Positions 28,282 through 37,055 of a stretch of DNA of 64,000 nt are shown here, in pieces. Under the pieces are notes generated by a model. That model was not told the origin of the DNA. It did no database searches and saw only the letters and a list, made by a program, of their open reading frames with translations. Position 1 is the first letter of the stretch. Each line of letters opens with the position of its first letter. The DNA is taken from the IMG/VR virus record IMGVR_UViG_3300042560_001323, positions 62,001-126,000 of that record. The stretch is one strand, 5' to 3'. Both the position numbers and the translations under genes were made by a program.

Positions 28282-28459
28282 TCTCTTGCTCTCCTTTTGC
28301 TCTCTTACGTGATTTTTTTAGGTCCTTCATCAATAGTTTAATCTCTTGATATGCCTCTTCTGCGGTCATCTTATCGCCAATCTCTAGGCCGACAATAATC
28401 TCAATTCTATCAGCAAAAGCCGCCATATCCTTTTCAAACGGGGTTAAATCATAAGCCAT
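28265..28459 (-). CDS. Conserved hypothetical protein (cyanobacterial-type)
   Basis: FADRIEIIVGLEIGDKMTAEEAYQEIK. Confidence 0.75.
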   Translation of the reverse strand: MAYDLTPFEKDMAAFADRIEIIVGLEIGDKMTAEEAYQEIKLLMKDLKKSRKRAKGEQENEQAS

Positions 28460-28674
28460 TAGTCTTCCTCTTGGTATTCGGGGTCTTCATATTCGTCTTG
28501 TATCTTTTGTATCATATCTTCAAAACGAACAATATTCGTTTCTTCTTCCTCAACACAAACCTCATCTTTAAGAAGTTCAACAATATTCTCTAAATTTTGA
28601 ATCAAAAGTTTGAGACGTTTATTGTTTACTTTCTCGGGGACGGGCTGCTCTTGAGGTCGGTAATACCCTAGCAT
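28459..28674 (-). CDS. Conserved cyanophage hypothetical protein
   Basis: RLKLLIQNLENIVELLKDEV. Confidence 0.7.
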   Translation of the reverse strand: MLGYYRPQEQPVPEKVNNKRLKLLIQNLENIVELLKDEVCVEEEETNIVRFEDMIQKIQDEYEDPEYQEED

Positions 28675-28689
28675 AGTTCCTCCATTTTG

Positions 28690-29406
28690 TCAAGTCCCAA
28701 ACGTGTGGGTGGTATAAATTCCGTTCTTCTCTAAAACTGCGCTACAAGTATCAACCCAATCTCCACAGCAAAAATATTGATAACCGTCAATAATCCTATA
28801 ATTGAGATGATGAATGTGGCCAACAATTGCTCCAGTGTATAGCCTATTGTGAAGATTTTCTTTTATTCTTAGACCAGAAATAACATCCCGTTCATAAGAA
28901 TCAATATAATCTTTTCCGCGTTTTGTTTTCTTTAAAAAGTTTACCAACGATACATTGAAATTCTTCTTTAGGAAATGATTAAGAGGCGTAATCCATTCAT
29001 AGCCTTTATGTAAGAAAAACTGTTTCCAATCTCCAGATGAATGAGTTGAAAGTTTATCTCCGTGAATACACAAGAAGTTATTGCCCTTTGAATCTGTATG
29101 AACATATTCTCTACAGAATGTTATTCCACCAAAATTTCCAACGTAGCGAGATAAATCCTTTTCGTGGTTTCCATAGATGTAAACAATCTCACAGCCTTTA
29201 TTCTTCTTTTCCAGAAGTTTATGAATAATAAGGGTATGAAGTCTATTCCATTTTGAACCTCTTTCTAGGCACATTAAATCAATAACATCACCAACGAGAA
29301 CAAGTTTCTTCGTTTTAATTTCTGAAAGAAATTCTAAAAGGGCTTCGGCATCACATCGGTTCGTACCGATATGTAAATCCGAAATAAAAACGGTGTCGTG
29401 AATCAT
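28690..29406 (-). CDS. Metallophosphoesterase (LpxH-like)
   Basis: SDLH.G, LVGD..D, GNHE, IHGD, GHIH, GDWV. Confidence 0.88.
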   Translation of the reverse strand: MIHDTVFISDLHIGTNRCDAEALLEFLSEIKTKKLVLVGDVIDLMCLERGSKWNRLHTLIIHKLLEKKNKGCEIVYIYGNHEKDLSRYVGNFGGITFCREYVHTDSKGNNFLCIHGDKLSTHSSGDWKQFFLHKGYEWITPLNHFLKKNFNVSLVNFLKKTKRGKDYIDSYERDVISGLRIKENLHNRLYTGAIVGHIHHLNYRIIDGYQYFCCGDWVDTCSAVLEKNGIYTTHTFGT

Positions 29407-29729
29407 CTTCCGATATCAATAAGAGTATGATAGCTGGCATTCATCTGCTGAAGAATCCATTGGGCACCAAGTTTTGAATCTGCAATGCCGCAAGTATAAA
29501 TGTCAAAGGCTGCGGTTCCTTTCTCTGGAAAGGTATGAACTGAAATATGAGATTCTGATAAAAGAAGTATTGCCGTTACACCTTGCGGGTCAAATTTATG
29601 GGACACTACATTTAAAATGGTTGCTCCACATTCACTGGCAGCTTTTCTTAGCACTCGAATCATAAAGTCTTCGTTATCAAGAATCTCAAACTTACAACCA
29701 TAAACATTGAGCAAACAATGGTGTCCCAT
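29403..29729 (-). CDS. speD: S-adenosylmethionine decarboxylase proenzyme
   Basis: MGHHCLLNVYGC...FDPQGVT..LLLSESHISVHTFPE..AAFDIYTCG; start refined. Confidence 0.95.
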   Translation of the reverse strand: MGHHCLLNVYGCKFEILDNEDFMIRVLRKAASECGATILNVVSHKFDPQGVTAILLLSESHISVHTFPEKGTAAFDIYTCGIADSKLGAQWILQQMNASYHTLIDIGR

Positions 29730-29730
29730 A

Positions 29731-29898
29731 CTAACCATTTGGAATATCCTCCAAAAGTTTAGAGACGATTTGCTCGGTTCCGTCAAGAGTTTTCATTTCA
29801 TATAGACTACTTTTCATATATTTTTTAATCTTCTTATATCGTTTGAGGAGTTTATTCAACTCATTATCATTAATAATCGCTCTTGCGAAACCGCTCAT
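29731..29898 (-). CDS. Small conserved hypothetical protein
   Basis: Manual translation MSGFARAIINDNELNKLLKRYKKIKKYMKS... Confidence 0.6.
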   Translation of the reverse strand: MSGFARAIINDNELNKLLKRYKKIKKYMKSSLYEMKTLDGTEQIVSKLLEDIPNG

Positions 29899-30212
29899 TT
29901 CTTTTTGTTTACCTCTTCTGTTTTCTTATTTTGTCTCCAAATTCTTGGACTAACTCTTCCATTAGAGTAATCAATTTTTTCAATCACTCCCCCGAACCGG
30001 TCATAATATAAATCAAAAATGTCAACCATTCTGGCTGCTCTACAAATGTCCACTTTTTCTCCTTCTTTATCCTTATAGTAAATTAAATAAGAATCCGACG
30101 GAAGGGCATAGGTATTGACATCTAAAGTGTTAATGAAAAGAAGTTCGCATCTATAAGATGTTGGAACGGCTTCTTGTTCAGGTAAAGACCAAGGTTCAAG
30201 GGTTGCGATCAC
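29895..30212 (-). CDS. Conserved cyanophage hypothetical protein
   Basis: LPSDSYLIYY...DI.RA..MVDIFD.YYD. Confidence 0.75.
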   Translation of the reverse strand: MIATLEPWSLPEQEAVPTSYRCELLFINTLDVNTYALPSDSYLIYYKDKEGEKVDICRAARMVDIFDLYYDRFGGVIEKIDYSNGRVSPRIWRQNKKTEEVNKKK

Positions 30213-30772
30213 ACTCTATTCCCCCATTGAATCTCGGGAAATGCTTCTTTAACAACATCAAAGGAAATGTTATACTTTTCTTGTAGCTTTTTATCTTTCA
30301 CAAAACAAATAATTTCAGCCTCACGAGGATGTAGACCTTGTAGCAGATTGATGAACATTGTTTCCCGGCGAATTCCAGAAAGGGAATCATTGCCACCACG
30401 GATAAAGTTAAAGAAATTAGTGTATTCCTTACGAATAGTTGTTCGGTTATTACTACCATAAGAATCTAACATCTCATCGGTTTTTAGTTGCTTATTCATA
30501 CTATCCGAAAAGGTTGTATCATTTCCAACAACGCCAATTTCTCTGGCATCGGCAAACGGTACATCACCCGGAGGAATTGCAGATTCTAAGCTTTGGTCAT
30601 AATTCCAAATGAATACTGCCATCATAGATGGGTCCTTATATTCTTGAAGAACTTCTACTTTTTTGGCATTGGAACGTTGTCTTTCAACCAAGTCAAAAAC
30701 TTCAAATAGAAATGGATTGGCTGGAAGTTTTTTAGGCGTAGTCACCTTCGTCGTCTTCGTCTGTGTCGTCAT
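30209..30772 (-). CDS. Conserved T4-like cyanophage protein
   Basis: LP.NPFLFEV...KKVEVLQ...RRETMFINLLQGLHP.EAEI. Confidence 0.85.
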   Translation of the reverse strand: MTTQTKTTKVTTPKKLPANPFLFEVFDLVERQRSNAKKVEVLQEYKDPSMMAVFIWNYDQSLESAIPPGDVPFADAREIGVVGNDTTFSDSMNKQLKTDEMLDSYGSNNRTTIRKEYTNFFNFIRGGNDSLSGIRRETMFINLLQGLHPREAEIICFVKDKKLQEKYNISFDVVKEAFPEIQWGNRV

Positions 30773-30825
30773 AATTTTGATCAAATGTTACTGCGTAAAG
30801 TATGTCTGGTTTGATAGGCCCGTCG
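30754..30825 (-). repeat. 72-bp duplicate of the 3' end of gene 31038-31259 (31057-31128)
   Basis: 66/72 identical; 5 of 6 differences are synonymous in the upstream gene's frame. Confidence 0.9.
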
Positions 30826-30831
30826 CTATTA

Positions 30832-30992
30832 TAGTAACAAAAACCAATAAGAGCCAAAAACTCTATTGATTTTATAGACGCTTCATAGCAGATGCTAAAT
30901 GGTAAATAACCTTTTTAGTCTTAATTCCGCTCCACGTCCGTAATCGGTGTACTCCACCGATACCCGAAAAGTATTAACTAGCCGAGCGTCTT
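30832..30992 (-). ncRNA. Dispersed structured RNA cassette, copy 2
   Basis: Core conserved with copies 1, 3 and 4; preceded by ATAAATA; ends in hairpin plus U tract. Confidence 0.85.
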
Positions 30993-30999
30993 TATTTAT
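30993..30999 (-). promoter_or_regulatory. T4-type late promoter ATAAATA
   Basis: Matches the TATAAATA-type late consensus directly 5' of RNA copy 2. Confidence 0.6.
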
Positions 31000-31037
31000 C
31001 TAACTTTTGTTTGTGGATAACTGAAAATACTCTATTC

Positions 31038-31259
31038 TCAGGCGTCCTTATAATCTTCTTCGTCTGTGTCGTCATAATTTTGGTCAAAAGTTACTGCATA
31101 AAGGATATCTGGTTTGATAGACCCGTCGTAGTTATACATCTCGGGGTGAAGTCTAGGAGCCGGGGGATAAAACTTGGATGCTATAAATCCAATAACACCA
31201 CCGAGCATTAAAAAGCAAAGAACTACTAGGACCGTTAGGGCAGTTATGAGGCCATACAT
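31038..31259 (-). CDS. Small membrane protein, conserved in cyanophages
   Basis: TM helix, then HPEMY..DG.I.PDIL.AV.F. Confidence 0.8.
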   Translation of the reverse strand: MYGLITALTVLVVLCFLMLGGVIGFIASKFYPPAPRLHPEMYNYDGSIKPDILYAVTFDQNYDDTDEEDYKDA

Positions 31260-31408
31260 TTTAGTTTTCTCCTGAATGTTTTTTTAGTTATTTTTAACTC
31301 AATCTTCAGGTGAATTTCTTTTGAGAAAAAGGAAACTACCTTAGCAATTCTAAAATTAAATAGTTCCTCCGTTTTTCTTTGCTTTTTATTGCGGAGCATA
31401 AACTCCAT
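31244..31408 (-). CDS. Hypothetical protein, duplicate of 31564-31749
   Basis: MEFMLRNKK...FNFRIAKVVSFFSKEIHLKIELKIT; the longer ORF-track start lies inside the RNA cassette. Confidence 0.6.
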   Translation of the reverse strand: MEFMLRNKKQRKTEELFNFRIAKVVSFFSKEIHLKIELKITKKTFRRKLKCMAS

Positions 31409-31413
31409 AGTAT

Positions 31414-31560
31414 GGAAAATCACTAAACTATAGTGATTTTCCAGACGCTTCACCGCAGATGCTAATTGGTATGAATAACCTATTAGTCTTAATTCCGCTC
31501 CACGTCTGTAATCGGTGTACTCCACCGATACCCGAAAAGCATTAACTAACCGAGCACAAT
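31414..31560 (-). ncRNA. Dispersed structured RNA cassette, copy 3
   Basis: Core conserved; 3' hairpin is a different but perfect 12-bp stem (GGAAAATCACTA/TAGTGATTTTCC). Confidence 0.85.
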
Positions 31561-31567
31561 TATTTAG
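31561..31567 (-). promoter_or_regulatory. T4-type late promoter CTAAATA
   Basis: Directly 5' of RNA copy 3. Confidence 0.6.
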
Positions 31568-31749
31568 GAAGGTCTTTCAGTTATTTTTAACTCAATTTTG
31601 AGATGAATTTCTTTTGAAAAAAAAGAAACTGCCTTAGAAATTCTAAAATTGAATAGTCCAGCCTTTTTTTCCTGTTTTTTAGAACGGAGCATATATTCAA
31701 TACCCCTATTTAGTTTTAACTTTGGCTCTCCTTCCTGGTCTTTTGTCAT
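31564..31749 (-). CDS. Conserved cyanophage hypothetical protein
   Basis: LNRGIEYMLR...FSKEIHLKIE. Confidence 0.7.
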   Translation of the reverse strand: MTKDQEGEPKLKLNRGIEYMLRSKKQEKKAGLFNFRISKAVSFFSKEIHLKIELKITERPS

Positions 31750-32059
31750 AAACATATTTCTCCGCGTCTTTAATAAATGCTTCCAGGTAGGTCTTAATAC
31801 GCCGAGCAAAAGGCTTTGAGAGGTGTCCATAAGCCTCTCTAAGGTAGCAGTGGCGAGGGTCTTGGCCACCCTCAAGGTATTCGGACAATTCTTGTATGGT
31901 TGTCTTTAGATTGACTACTGTGGGGCTACCCAAAAAATCCTGGGCATCAGTTCTTCTAAATTCTTTTTGCTGAAGATATGTATATAAATTAAGAATGAAC
32001 TTGCTCTCGGCGAAGGCAAAATCTACTGCTTTTTCTACATCAAGATAGACTTCTTCCAT
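31706..32059 (-). CDS. Conserved cyanophage hypothetical protein
   Basis: YLEGG.D...LREAYGHLSKP.AR.IK.YL. Confidence 0.8.
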   Translation of the reverse strand: MEEVYLDVEKAVDFAFAESKFILNLYTYLQQKEFRRTDAQDFLGSPTVVNLKTTIQELSEYLEGGQDPRHCYLREAYGHLSKPFARRIKTYLEAFIKDAEKYVYDKRPGRRAKVKTK

Positions 32060-32295
32060 TAGAGAATTTTTTGATCTTTTAGGAATAGAATTGTATCTTT
32101 ACAACCCCCCAGTTTTATAGTATTCATTAAAACTTGAGGAAAAGTTGTCCCCTCACCAAACTCATAGTAAAAATCATCTTTTGAGTAATGCTCGCCAAGA
32201 TTGAGTATGGAGTAATCTAAACCGGCAAGATGCATAACTTTTTTAATTTGGTCGCAATATGGGCAACCGTCTTTTGAATAAATTACGAATTTCAT
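32059..32295 (-). CDS. nrdC: Glutaredoxin
   Basis: CPYC active site, TFPQV, LGGC. Confidence 0.93.
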   Translation of the reverse strand: MKFVIYSKDGCPYCDQIKKVMHLAGLDYSILNLGEHYSKDDFYYEFGEGTTFPQVLMNTIKLGGCKDTILFLKDQKIL

Positions 32296-32537
32296 TTTTG
32301 GGTTTCAATATCGGAGATTCTTTTTCTTAGGGTGTCAATTTGTCTTTGCCTGCTTTCTTCTTCAGCCGCTTTTCTTTGTTCATCGGCGCTCTGCTGAAGT
32401 TTTTCTTGATTACTTTGCCTCTGTTGTTCCAGATCGGCGGCGAGTTGTTCTCTTTTTTCCATAGAAGTTGAACGAATAACTTGCCTTCGGGTTTCTATGT
32501 TTGAATTATCTTCGCAAAATTGTTGAAAAGTTTTCAT
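32292..32537 (-). CDS. Late coiled-coil protein (MKTFQQF-type start), possibly virion-associated
   Basis: CTAAATA upstream; MKTFxxF starts are typical of T4-like internal/virion proteins. Confidence 0.65.
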   Translation of the reverse strand: MKTFQQFCEDNSNIETRRQVIRSTSMEKREQLAADLEQQRQSNQEKLQQSADEQRKAAEEESRQRQIDTLRKRISDIETQK

Positions 32538-32714
32538 TCTAATTTTTAAATTAGAACTATTTAGAGGTCAAATATCTTTCCAGCCGCAGATTGCTTATAG
32601 AACTCCAATTCTTGTCTCAGTTTTTCGTTCTCTGAAAGCAAAGAAGTAACATTTACATTTAGTCGTTCTGAATCAGTGAGATCGTGCCGGAAAACATCAA
32701 GAGCAGTTTTAAAT

Positions 32715-32903
32715 TTAGTAACTAACATTTAAATTACGGGTAAGGGGGTGTGAATCATCTGCACCATCCAATGACTTAACAAATAGTTCAGCGAACTTTT
32801 GCATTCGTTCAGGAATGACACTAGAAGGTTGCTCACTAATTGCCTTGCGAAGACTATTCATCTCATCCCATTCTTCTTTTGTCATTGGTTTGGTTGCATT
32901 CAT
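32715..32903 (-). CDS. Conserved cyanophage hypothetical protein
   Basis: EW.EM..LR.AI...P.SV.PERM.KFAEL. Confidence 0.7.
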   Translation of the reverse strand: MNATKPMTKEEWDEMNSLRKAISEQPSSVIPERMQKFAELFVKSLDGADDSHPLTRNLNVSY

Positions 32904-32910
32904 TTTTTAT

Positions 32911-33171
32911 TTAGAGTTTAGTGAAGTTTACAGAGTAGTTTTCGTTTTCTTTAGATTTAAAGAATAGTTGCTGGGTTACATTATCCCAACCAAAGGTATT
33001 CGGTTGTAAGTCATCAAGAAACTCTTCAAGAGTGAACTTATCAGTTTCTCGTCTGTAGAACCAAATAGTGAAACTATCAGGCTCTTCCTCAGTTTCAATG
33101 AATTTCGTTGAAAGTTTTTTTGTAATTTCAAAGAAACCTTCAAAGGGTTTAGGAATCTCTGTCATTGTCAA
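32911..33171 (-). CDS. Hypothetical protein
   Basis: ORF in an overlapping operon. Confidence 0.6.
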   Translation of the reverse strand: MTMTEIPKPFEGFFEITKKLSTKFIETEEEPDSFTIWFYRRETDKFTLEEFLDDLQPNTFGWDNVTQQLFFKSKENENYSVNFTKL

Positions 33172-33376
33172 TCTTTTTAAAAAGGATTTCTTGAAGGGTT
33201 TTTAGGGCCTCGTATTGTTGGTCAACTGCAGAGATATTCTCAATAGAAACAAGAATTTCACCTATTAGACGAATCACTACAGGCTTTTCGGTTCTAGATG
33301 CAAAACTTAGGGCATTGCGAATATGTGAGGCGGCTTCACTAAGTTCTTCTTGTACTCGTTCAGAAATTTGGTTCAT
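33149..33376 (-). CDS. Conserved cyanophage hypothetical protein
   Basis: L.EA..H.RNAL.FA.R.EKP. Confidence 0.7.
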   Translation of the reverse strand: MNQISERVQEELSEAASHIRNALSFASRTEKPVVIRLIGEILVSIENISAVDQQYEALKTLQEILFKKIDNDRDS

Positions 33377-33666
33377 TGTTGGTTTTGTAAGGATTTGAGT
33401 TTAGGATAAATCGTTTTAGCTAGATGATACCGGCCACTATCAAAACTATCATACCAACCGGCATATTCTTTTGAAAGAATTTGTTCTAGTTCTTTTAGAA
33501 TAGAATCAATTGTTTCGGGTGGGTTGGGTAGAGATGGAGTTGGGCCATAATCTGTAATAAGAGACGCTGTTCCAAAAGTCTCTTTCATATAAACTGGATC
33601 TCGGTCTGTTTTTGCCATTGTTTTAGTGAGTTGTGTCTCTGGTGATAGTTGGATAAATTGGTTCAA
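33373..33666 (-). CDS. Hypothetical protein
   Basis: RDPVYMKETFGT..LITDY segment resembles cyanophage ORFs. Confidence 0.65.
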   Translation of the reverse strand: MNQFIQLSPETQLTKTMAKTDRDPVYMKETFGTASLITDYGPTPSLPNPPETIDSILKELEQILSKEYAGWYDSFDSGRYHLAKTIYPKLKSLQNQQ

Positions 33667-33805
33667 TTTTACTTATGTTGCACCAATCTGGGTTTCCCTA
33701 AAGGTGCTGCAAAGTTTTCGTTGCTCAGTTTGAGTTTTTGTGGTAAGTTGCCTATGAATGCGGGGAATAAAAACAAACCCGCAAACTATGGTTGAAGTAA
33801 TTACA

Positions 33806-34054
33806 TCAATCATCCGCCGAAACAAAACGTTGTGGATGTTGAGTAATTACAGAGTTCCAAACTTCTGGAAACTGCAAGTCAACTCGCTCAATAGAATATT
33901 CTAGAAAGGCAATTGCTGCATCTAATGCTACATCTGGATTTTCAGATTTTTCACGAGTATAATAGAGCATCTGTTTAACGTGTTCAAAGTTAAACAGAAG
34001 TTGTTCCATTTCACTTAATGAATCAAAAGAAGAAATGTAATGTGCGTCAAACAT
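33806..34054 (-). CDS. Hypothetical protein
   Basis: 82 aa ORF following the AAA ATPase. Confidence 0.65.
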   Translation of the reverse strand: MFDAHYISSFDSLSEMEQLLFNFEHVKQMLYYTREKSENPDVALDAAIAFLEYSIERVDLQFPEVWNSVITQHPQRFVSADD

Positions 34055-34056
34055 GA

Positions 34057-35130
34057 TTAAATGAATCCTACAGTAGATTTTGCTTTAAGTTGGCTAGAAA
34101 AAGGCTGACGATTAAAGACTTCAGCTAGTGAAACTTTTCCGTCAAAAAGTTCTTGCTCCAGTTTAAGAGCCTCGGATACTGCATTAGCCTGTTGTGCAGT
34201 AAGATTCTCAAAGTTAAGAATATCAAAGCAACGGCCTGGGCGAATAAGAGCCGGATCAATTTCTTTAACCGAAGGAAGATTTGTTGTAAAAATAATCTTC
34301 TTATGTTGATTGCTAACTAATCCATCCCCAATATTGAGGAATTTCATAATCATATGATTTCCGTCCTTTCTCGGCCCAAGGAAGGTATCAGAATCTTCAA
34401 GAACCAAAAGTTGACTATTATCATCACCAATAAAGTTGGCAAAGAAACTATCGTCTTCAAGAATCTTTACATCGTAGGAGACGATAGCATTGCTTTTAGT
34501 ATGTGCAATAAGGCCCCGTAGAAATGTAGTCTTTCCAGTTCCAGGTGGACCAATAAGAATGAGAATAGAAGCCCTAGACTTCATATATTCATCATAATAA
34601 TCTTCAAGTGACTTTTCACCGAGAAATGGATAGAACTCTTTAATTGGATAGTTGTCAGTTAAAACCGGAAGAGTTATGCTATCACCTTTTCGGTTGTAGA
34701 CCCATTCAATCGATGAAACAACTTCCTCAAAATTATCTTTAAAGAGCTGTTGCACTCTTTGAACCTCTTGCTCTTCTCCGAAAATTTGAACACTTGTTGA
34801 GTTTCGGTGAATAGCGCGAATTTCAATAACACATTGTTCACTCTTAAGAAGAAATGAATATTGCGTCTGCGAAATAACGAAATCTGGTAAAACCGCTTTT
34901 ACAAACTCTTTGAGATTTTCTGGATTAGTGTAAAACTTGTAATCGGCCTTAAATACATTTTCTGAATTTTCCCAAGAAGAGTTGAGGAACTTGCCGAGAA
35001 TGAAGTCTGAATAACAAATTTCTTGATAAGAGATGGAGTCGTTTGGCATTTCCTTTTTCATTGGTTCATCCACATCATAGAACATTTTTGAGCGGGTTGG
35101 GCAGTAAGTGGCCAGTTTTGCAACTGTCAC
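34057..35130 (-). CDS. AAA+ ATPase
   Basis: GPPGTGKT, LVLED, FTTNL, ALIRPGRCFD, C-terminal GF; paralog of 2259-3371. Confidence 0.9.
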   Translation of the reverse strand: MTVAKLATYCPTRSKMFYDVDEPMKKEMPNDSISYQEICYSDFILGKFLNSSWENSENVFKADYKFYTNPENLKEFVKAVLPDFVISQTQYSFLLKSEQCVIEIRAIHRNSTSVQIFGEEQEVQRVQQLFKDNFEEVVSSIEWVYNRKGDSITLPVLTDNYPIKEFYPFLGEKSLEDYYDEYMKSRASILILIGPPGTGKTTFLRGLIAHTKSNAIVSYDVKILEDDSFFANFIGDDNSQLLVLEDSDTFLGPRKDGNHMIMKFLNIGDGLVSNQHKKIIFTTNLPSVKEIDPALIRPGRCFDILNFENLTAQQANAVSEALKLEQELFDGKVSLAEVFNRQPFSSQLKAKSTVGFI

Positions 35131-35327
35131 AGTTCATAATATTCGTCTTTTGGTTTTTTCTTTTGAAGTTTAATGAAATCTCCCGCCCGGTCGTATGAAC
35201 GAAAAAATATCCTGTGCGGCGGAAAACTGGTTTCCCAATAATCCCAGTACACAAAAAAACGTTTATACTGTGGAACATAAATGGTTAAGCCTTCTATGTC
35301 TGTTGTTTTTTTGATTCTGTGACTCAT
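35127..35327 (-). CDS. Hypothetical protein (RI....PQ.K.F..W family)
   Basis: Similar to the C-half of 52069-52518 and the pseudogene near 39.3 kb. Confidence 0.65.
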   Translation of the reverse strand: MSHRIKKTTDIEGLTIYVPQYKRFFVYWDYWETSFPPHRIFFRSYDRAGDFIKLQKKKPKDEYYEL

Positions 35328-35590
35328 TTTTTGGGTTGCGTTTTTTGGAGGGTATAATCTTTTGCTTTTAAAGCATTCCGTTTAATATATTTTTCCATAT
35401 CAATTTTATCTTTAAACCAACAAGTCTTCTTTTCGCCCCTATCTGAATGTTGCAGCTCAAATGGAAAACTCAGATGAAAAGGCTTTGCATTCGGCTGTTC
35501 AACTGGTAGCGGGGCATTTGCAGGAGGATTTACCTTTGTTGTTGCATTGAGATTTCTACGCTTTTTTGCCACTTTCTCGTCCTGCTTCAA
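35324..35590 (-). CDS. Conserved cyanophage hypothetical protein
   Basis: FPF.L.H...GEKKTCWF.....MEKYI.R. Confidence 0.75.
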   Translation of the reverse strand: MKQDEKVAKKRRNLNATTKVNPPANAPLPVEQPNAKPFHLSFPFELQHSDRGEKKTCWFKDKIDMEKYIKRNALKAKDYTLQKTQPKK

Positions 35591-35759
35591 ATGCTGCTTT
35601 TAACCAAGATAGAAAAACTCTCTCGGCTTCCTTCTTTTGCAGTTCGTCACCATCTTTTAAATAATGGTCACAATCTCCGAAAAACCTTTCACTCTTAAGA
35701 GAGAAATATTCAAGATAATAAAACCATTCGTCAAATGTGCTTTTTGTTTCCATTATCAA
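35556..35759 (-). CDS. Hypothetical protein
   Basis: TFDEWF...F.L.SERF..D...WLKAAFEAG. Confidence 0.7.
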   Translation of the reverse strand: MIMETKSTFDEWFYYLEYFSLKSERFFGDCDHYLKDGDELQKKEAERVFLSWLKAAFEAGRESGKKA

Positions 35760-35889
35760 CCCTCAAAGTCTTTAAATAATTTTGATAACGGAGAAATTTT
35801 TGAATCGTTGGTTCTACCCCTAGACTCTCACAACAAAAAGTGTAACTAAGGAACTCGAACCAGGGGGCAGTGGAATCAAAATCACTCAT
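35731..35889 (-). CDS. Conserved cyanophage hypothetical protein
   Basis: MSDFDSTAPWFEFLSY..CCESLGV.P...KFLRY; start refined. Confidence 0.7.
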   Translation of the reverse strand: MSDFDSTAPWFEFLSYTFCCESLGVEPTIQKFLRYQNYLKTLRVDNGNKKHI

Positions 35890-36478
35890 CTTCTTCTTCA
35901 GGTTTAAGGTCATAGTAGCACATATCTTCTTCATATCGGTGAAAAATACTACTACACGCCTCAACAAACGAATTTGAGATTTTCATAACATTCTCGTGAC
36001 TGTCCTCAAAGTTATTCGTCAAAGAATCAATAAAATCTTCAGAAGGAATTTTAGCAAACAAAAGAGTAAGGGCGGCAATCAGATAACCACCAATCCAATG
36101 GGCAGGAGAAACATCTCTCATAACTAAGATTCTATCAAAAGTGCTCGGCTCATCTTCTTCTAATTCTTCATCCTCACTATAATATGCGATTCTCTGCATT
36201 CCGCAGAGCCATACTAATTCCATCATTAGATAGTTTTGCCCGTCGCTATCCAATGGCAATAAGTCTTCTTTTGTTGGAACCTTTCCACACTGCAAAACCT
36301 TAATAATCTCATCTGGAACATCTTCCAGTTCAATGTCTTCATAAAGAGCGGAATCCAGATTATAGCGGCTTTGTAAGCATTCAATAAACTCAACTGTAAA
36401 TTCTGATGTGGATTCACTTTCAGCCTTAAGAGAGGCAACCATACTATTCAGTTGGGTAAAATCAAGTTCTTCAGTCAC
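35882..36478 (-). CDS. Acidic hypothetical protein
   Basis: 198 aa ORF in operon. Confidence 0.75.
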   Translation of the reverse strand: MTEELDFTQLNSMVASLKAESESTSEFTVEFIECLQSRYNLDSALYEDIELEDVPDEIIKVLQCGKVPTKEDLLPLDSDGQNYLMMELVWLCGMQRIAYYSEDEELEEDEPSTFDRILVMRDVSPAHWIGGYLIAALTLLFAKIPSEDFIDSLTNNFEDSHENVMKISNSFVEACSSIFHRYEEDMCYYDLKPEEEDE

Positions 36479-36726
36479 AGTTTTGGTTCCTCACTTTTTT
36501 TAACATTTTTGACAAGTTCTCTGATGAGGAGACGGTATTTAATTTCCATTCTTAGACGGACTAATGGATTTTTTGGATGATTATTCATCAACCACCATAA
36601 ACCAGCAATCTTAACCCTGAGAAATTTAAGATTAAGAATAATGTATTCAGCAAACCTCGGTTCTATGTAAAGAAGGTAAAACAAGAAGCCAAAAAAGATT
36701 ATAAGAGTTTGAAAATAAAGATTCAT
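36475..36726 (-). CDS. Small membrane protein
   Basis: N-terminal TM segment; HP.NP motif as in cyanophage ORFs. Confidence 0.7.
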   Translation of the reverse strand: MNLYFQTLIIFFGFLFYLLYIEPRFAEYIILNLKFLRVKIAGLWWLMNNHPKNPLVRLRMEIKYRLLIRELVKNVKKSEEPKL

Positions 36727-36823
36727 TTTTTGTAGGGTTTAATTGTTTGCTCTGGGCCAATTTGGACTGGACAATTGGGAACAGTTTTTCTGAGTTCGAG
36801 AAAAATATGAACTTTTTGTTTAA

Positions 36824-37051
36824 GTGAGAGGAAAAATATGGGTAAATAATAGTTCAATTGAAATGATGGTTGTTTCGGACCAAATACCAAAAGGATTCGT
36901 TAAAGGAAGAATTAAAGAGAAATGTTTTTCAAATGTAACAAAAAGGGCAAAAGCAAAAGGAACGCATTGGTGGAATAATGGAACAATTGAAAAAATGTCT
37001 AAAATTCAACCCGATGAAACCTTTGTGCAAGGTAGACTTAAATCCAAGTGA
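36824..37051 (+). pseudogene. Remnant of a homing endonuclease DNA-binding region
   Basis: WVNN..IE...PKGFVKGR and WWNNG..EK...FVQGRL repeats with no nuclease domain; opposite strand to neighbours. Confidence 0.55.
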
Positions 37052-37055
37052 TTAA

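Noticed and set aside
31409-31525. N-terminal extension of ORF 31244-31525 (and of 50033-50500)
   Set aside because: The extension reads through the RNA cassette; homology with the paralog and Dps starts at the internal ATG
30832-31560. Repeated element as a CRISPR mini-array or repeat mimic
   Set aside because: Copies are 150-170 nt, dispersed and internally covarying; there is no short direct repeat with unique spacers and no cas gene in the window
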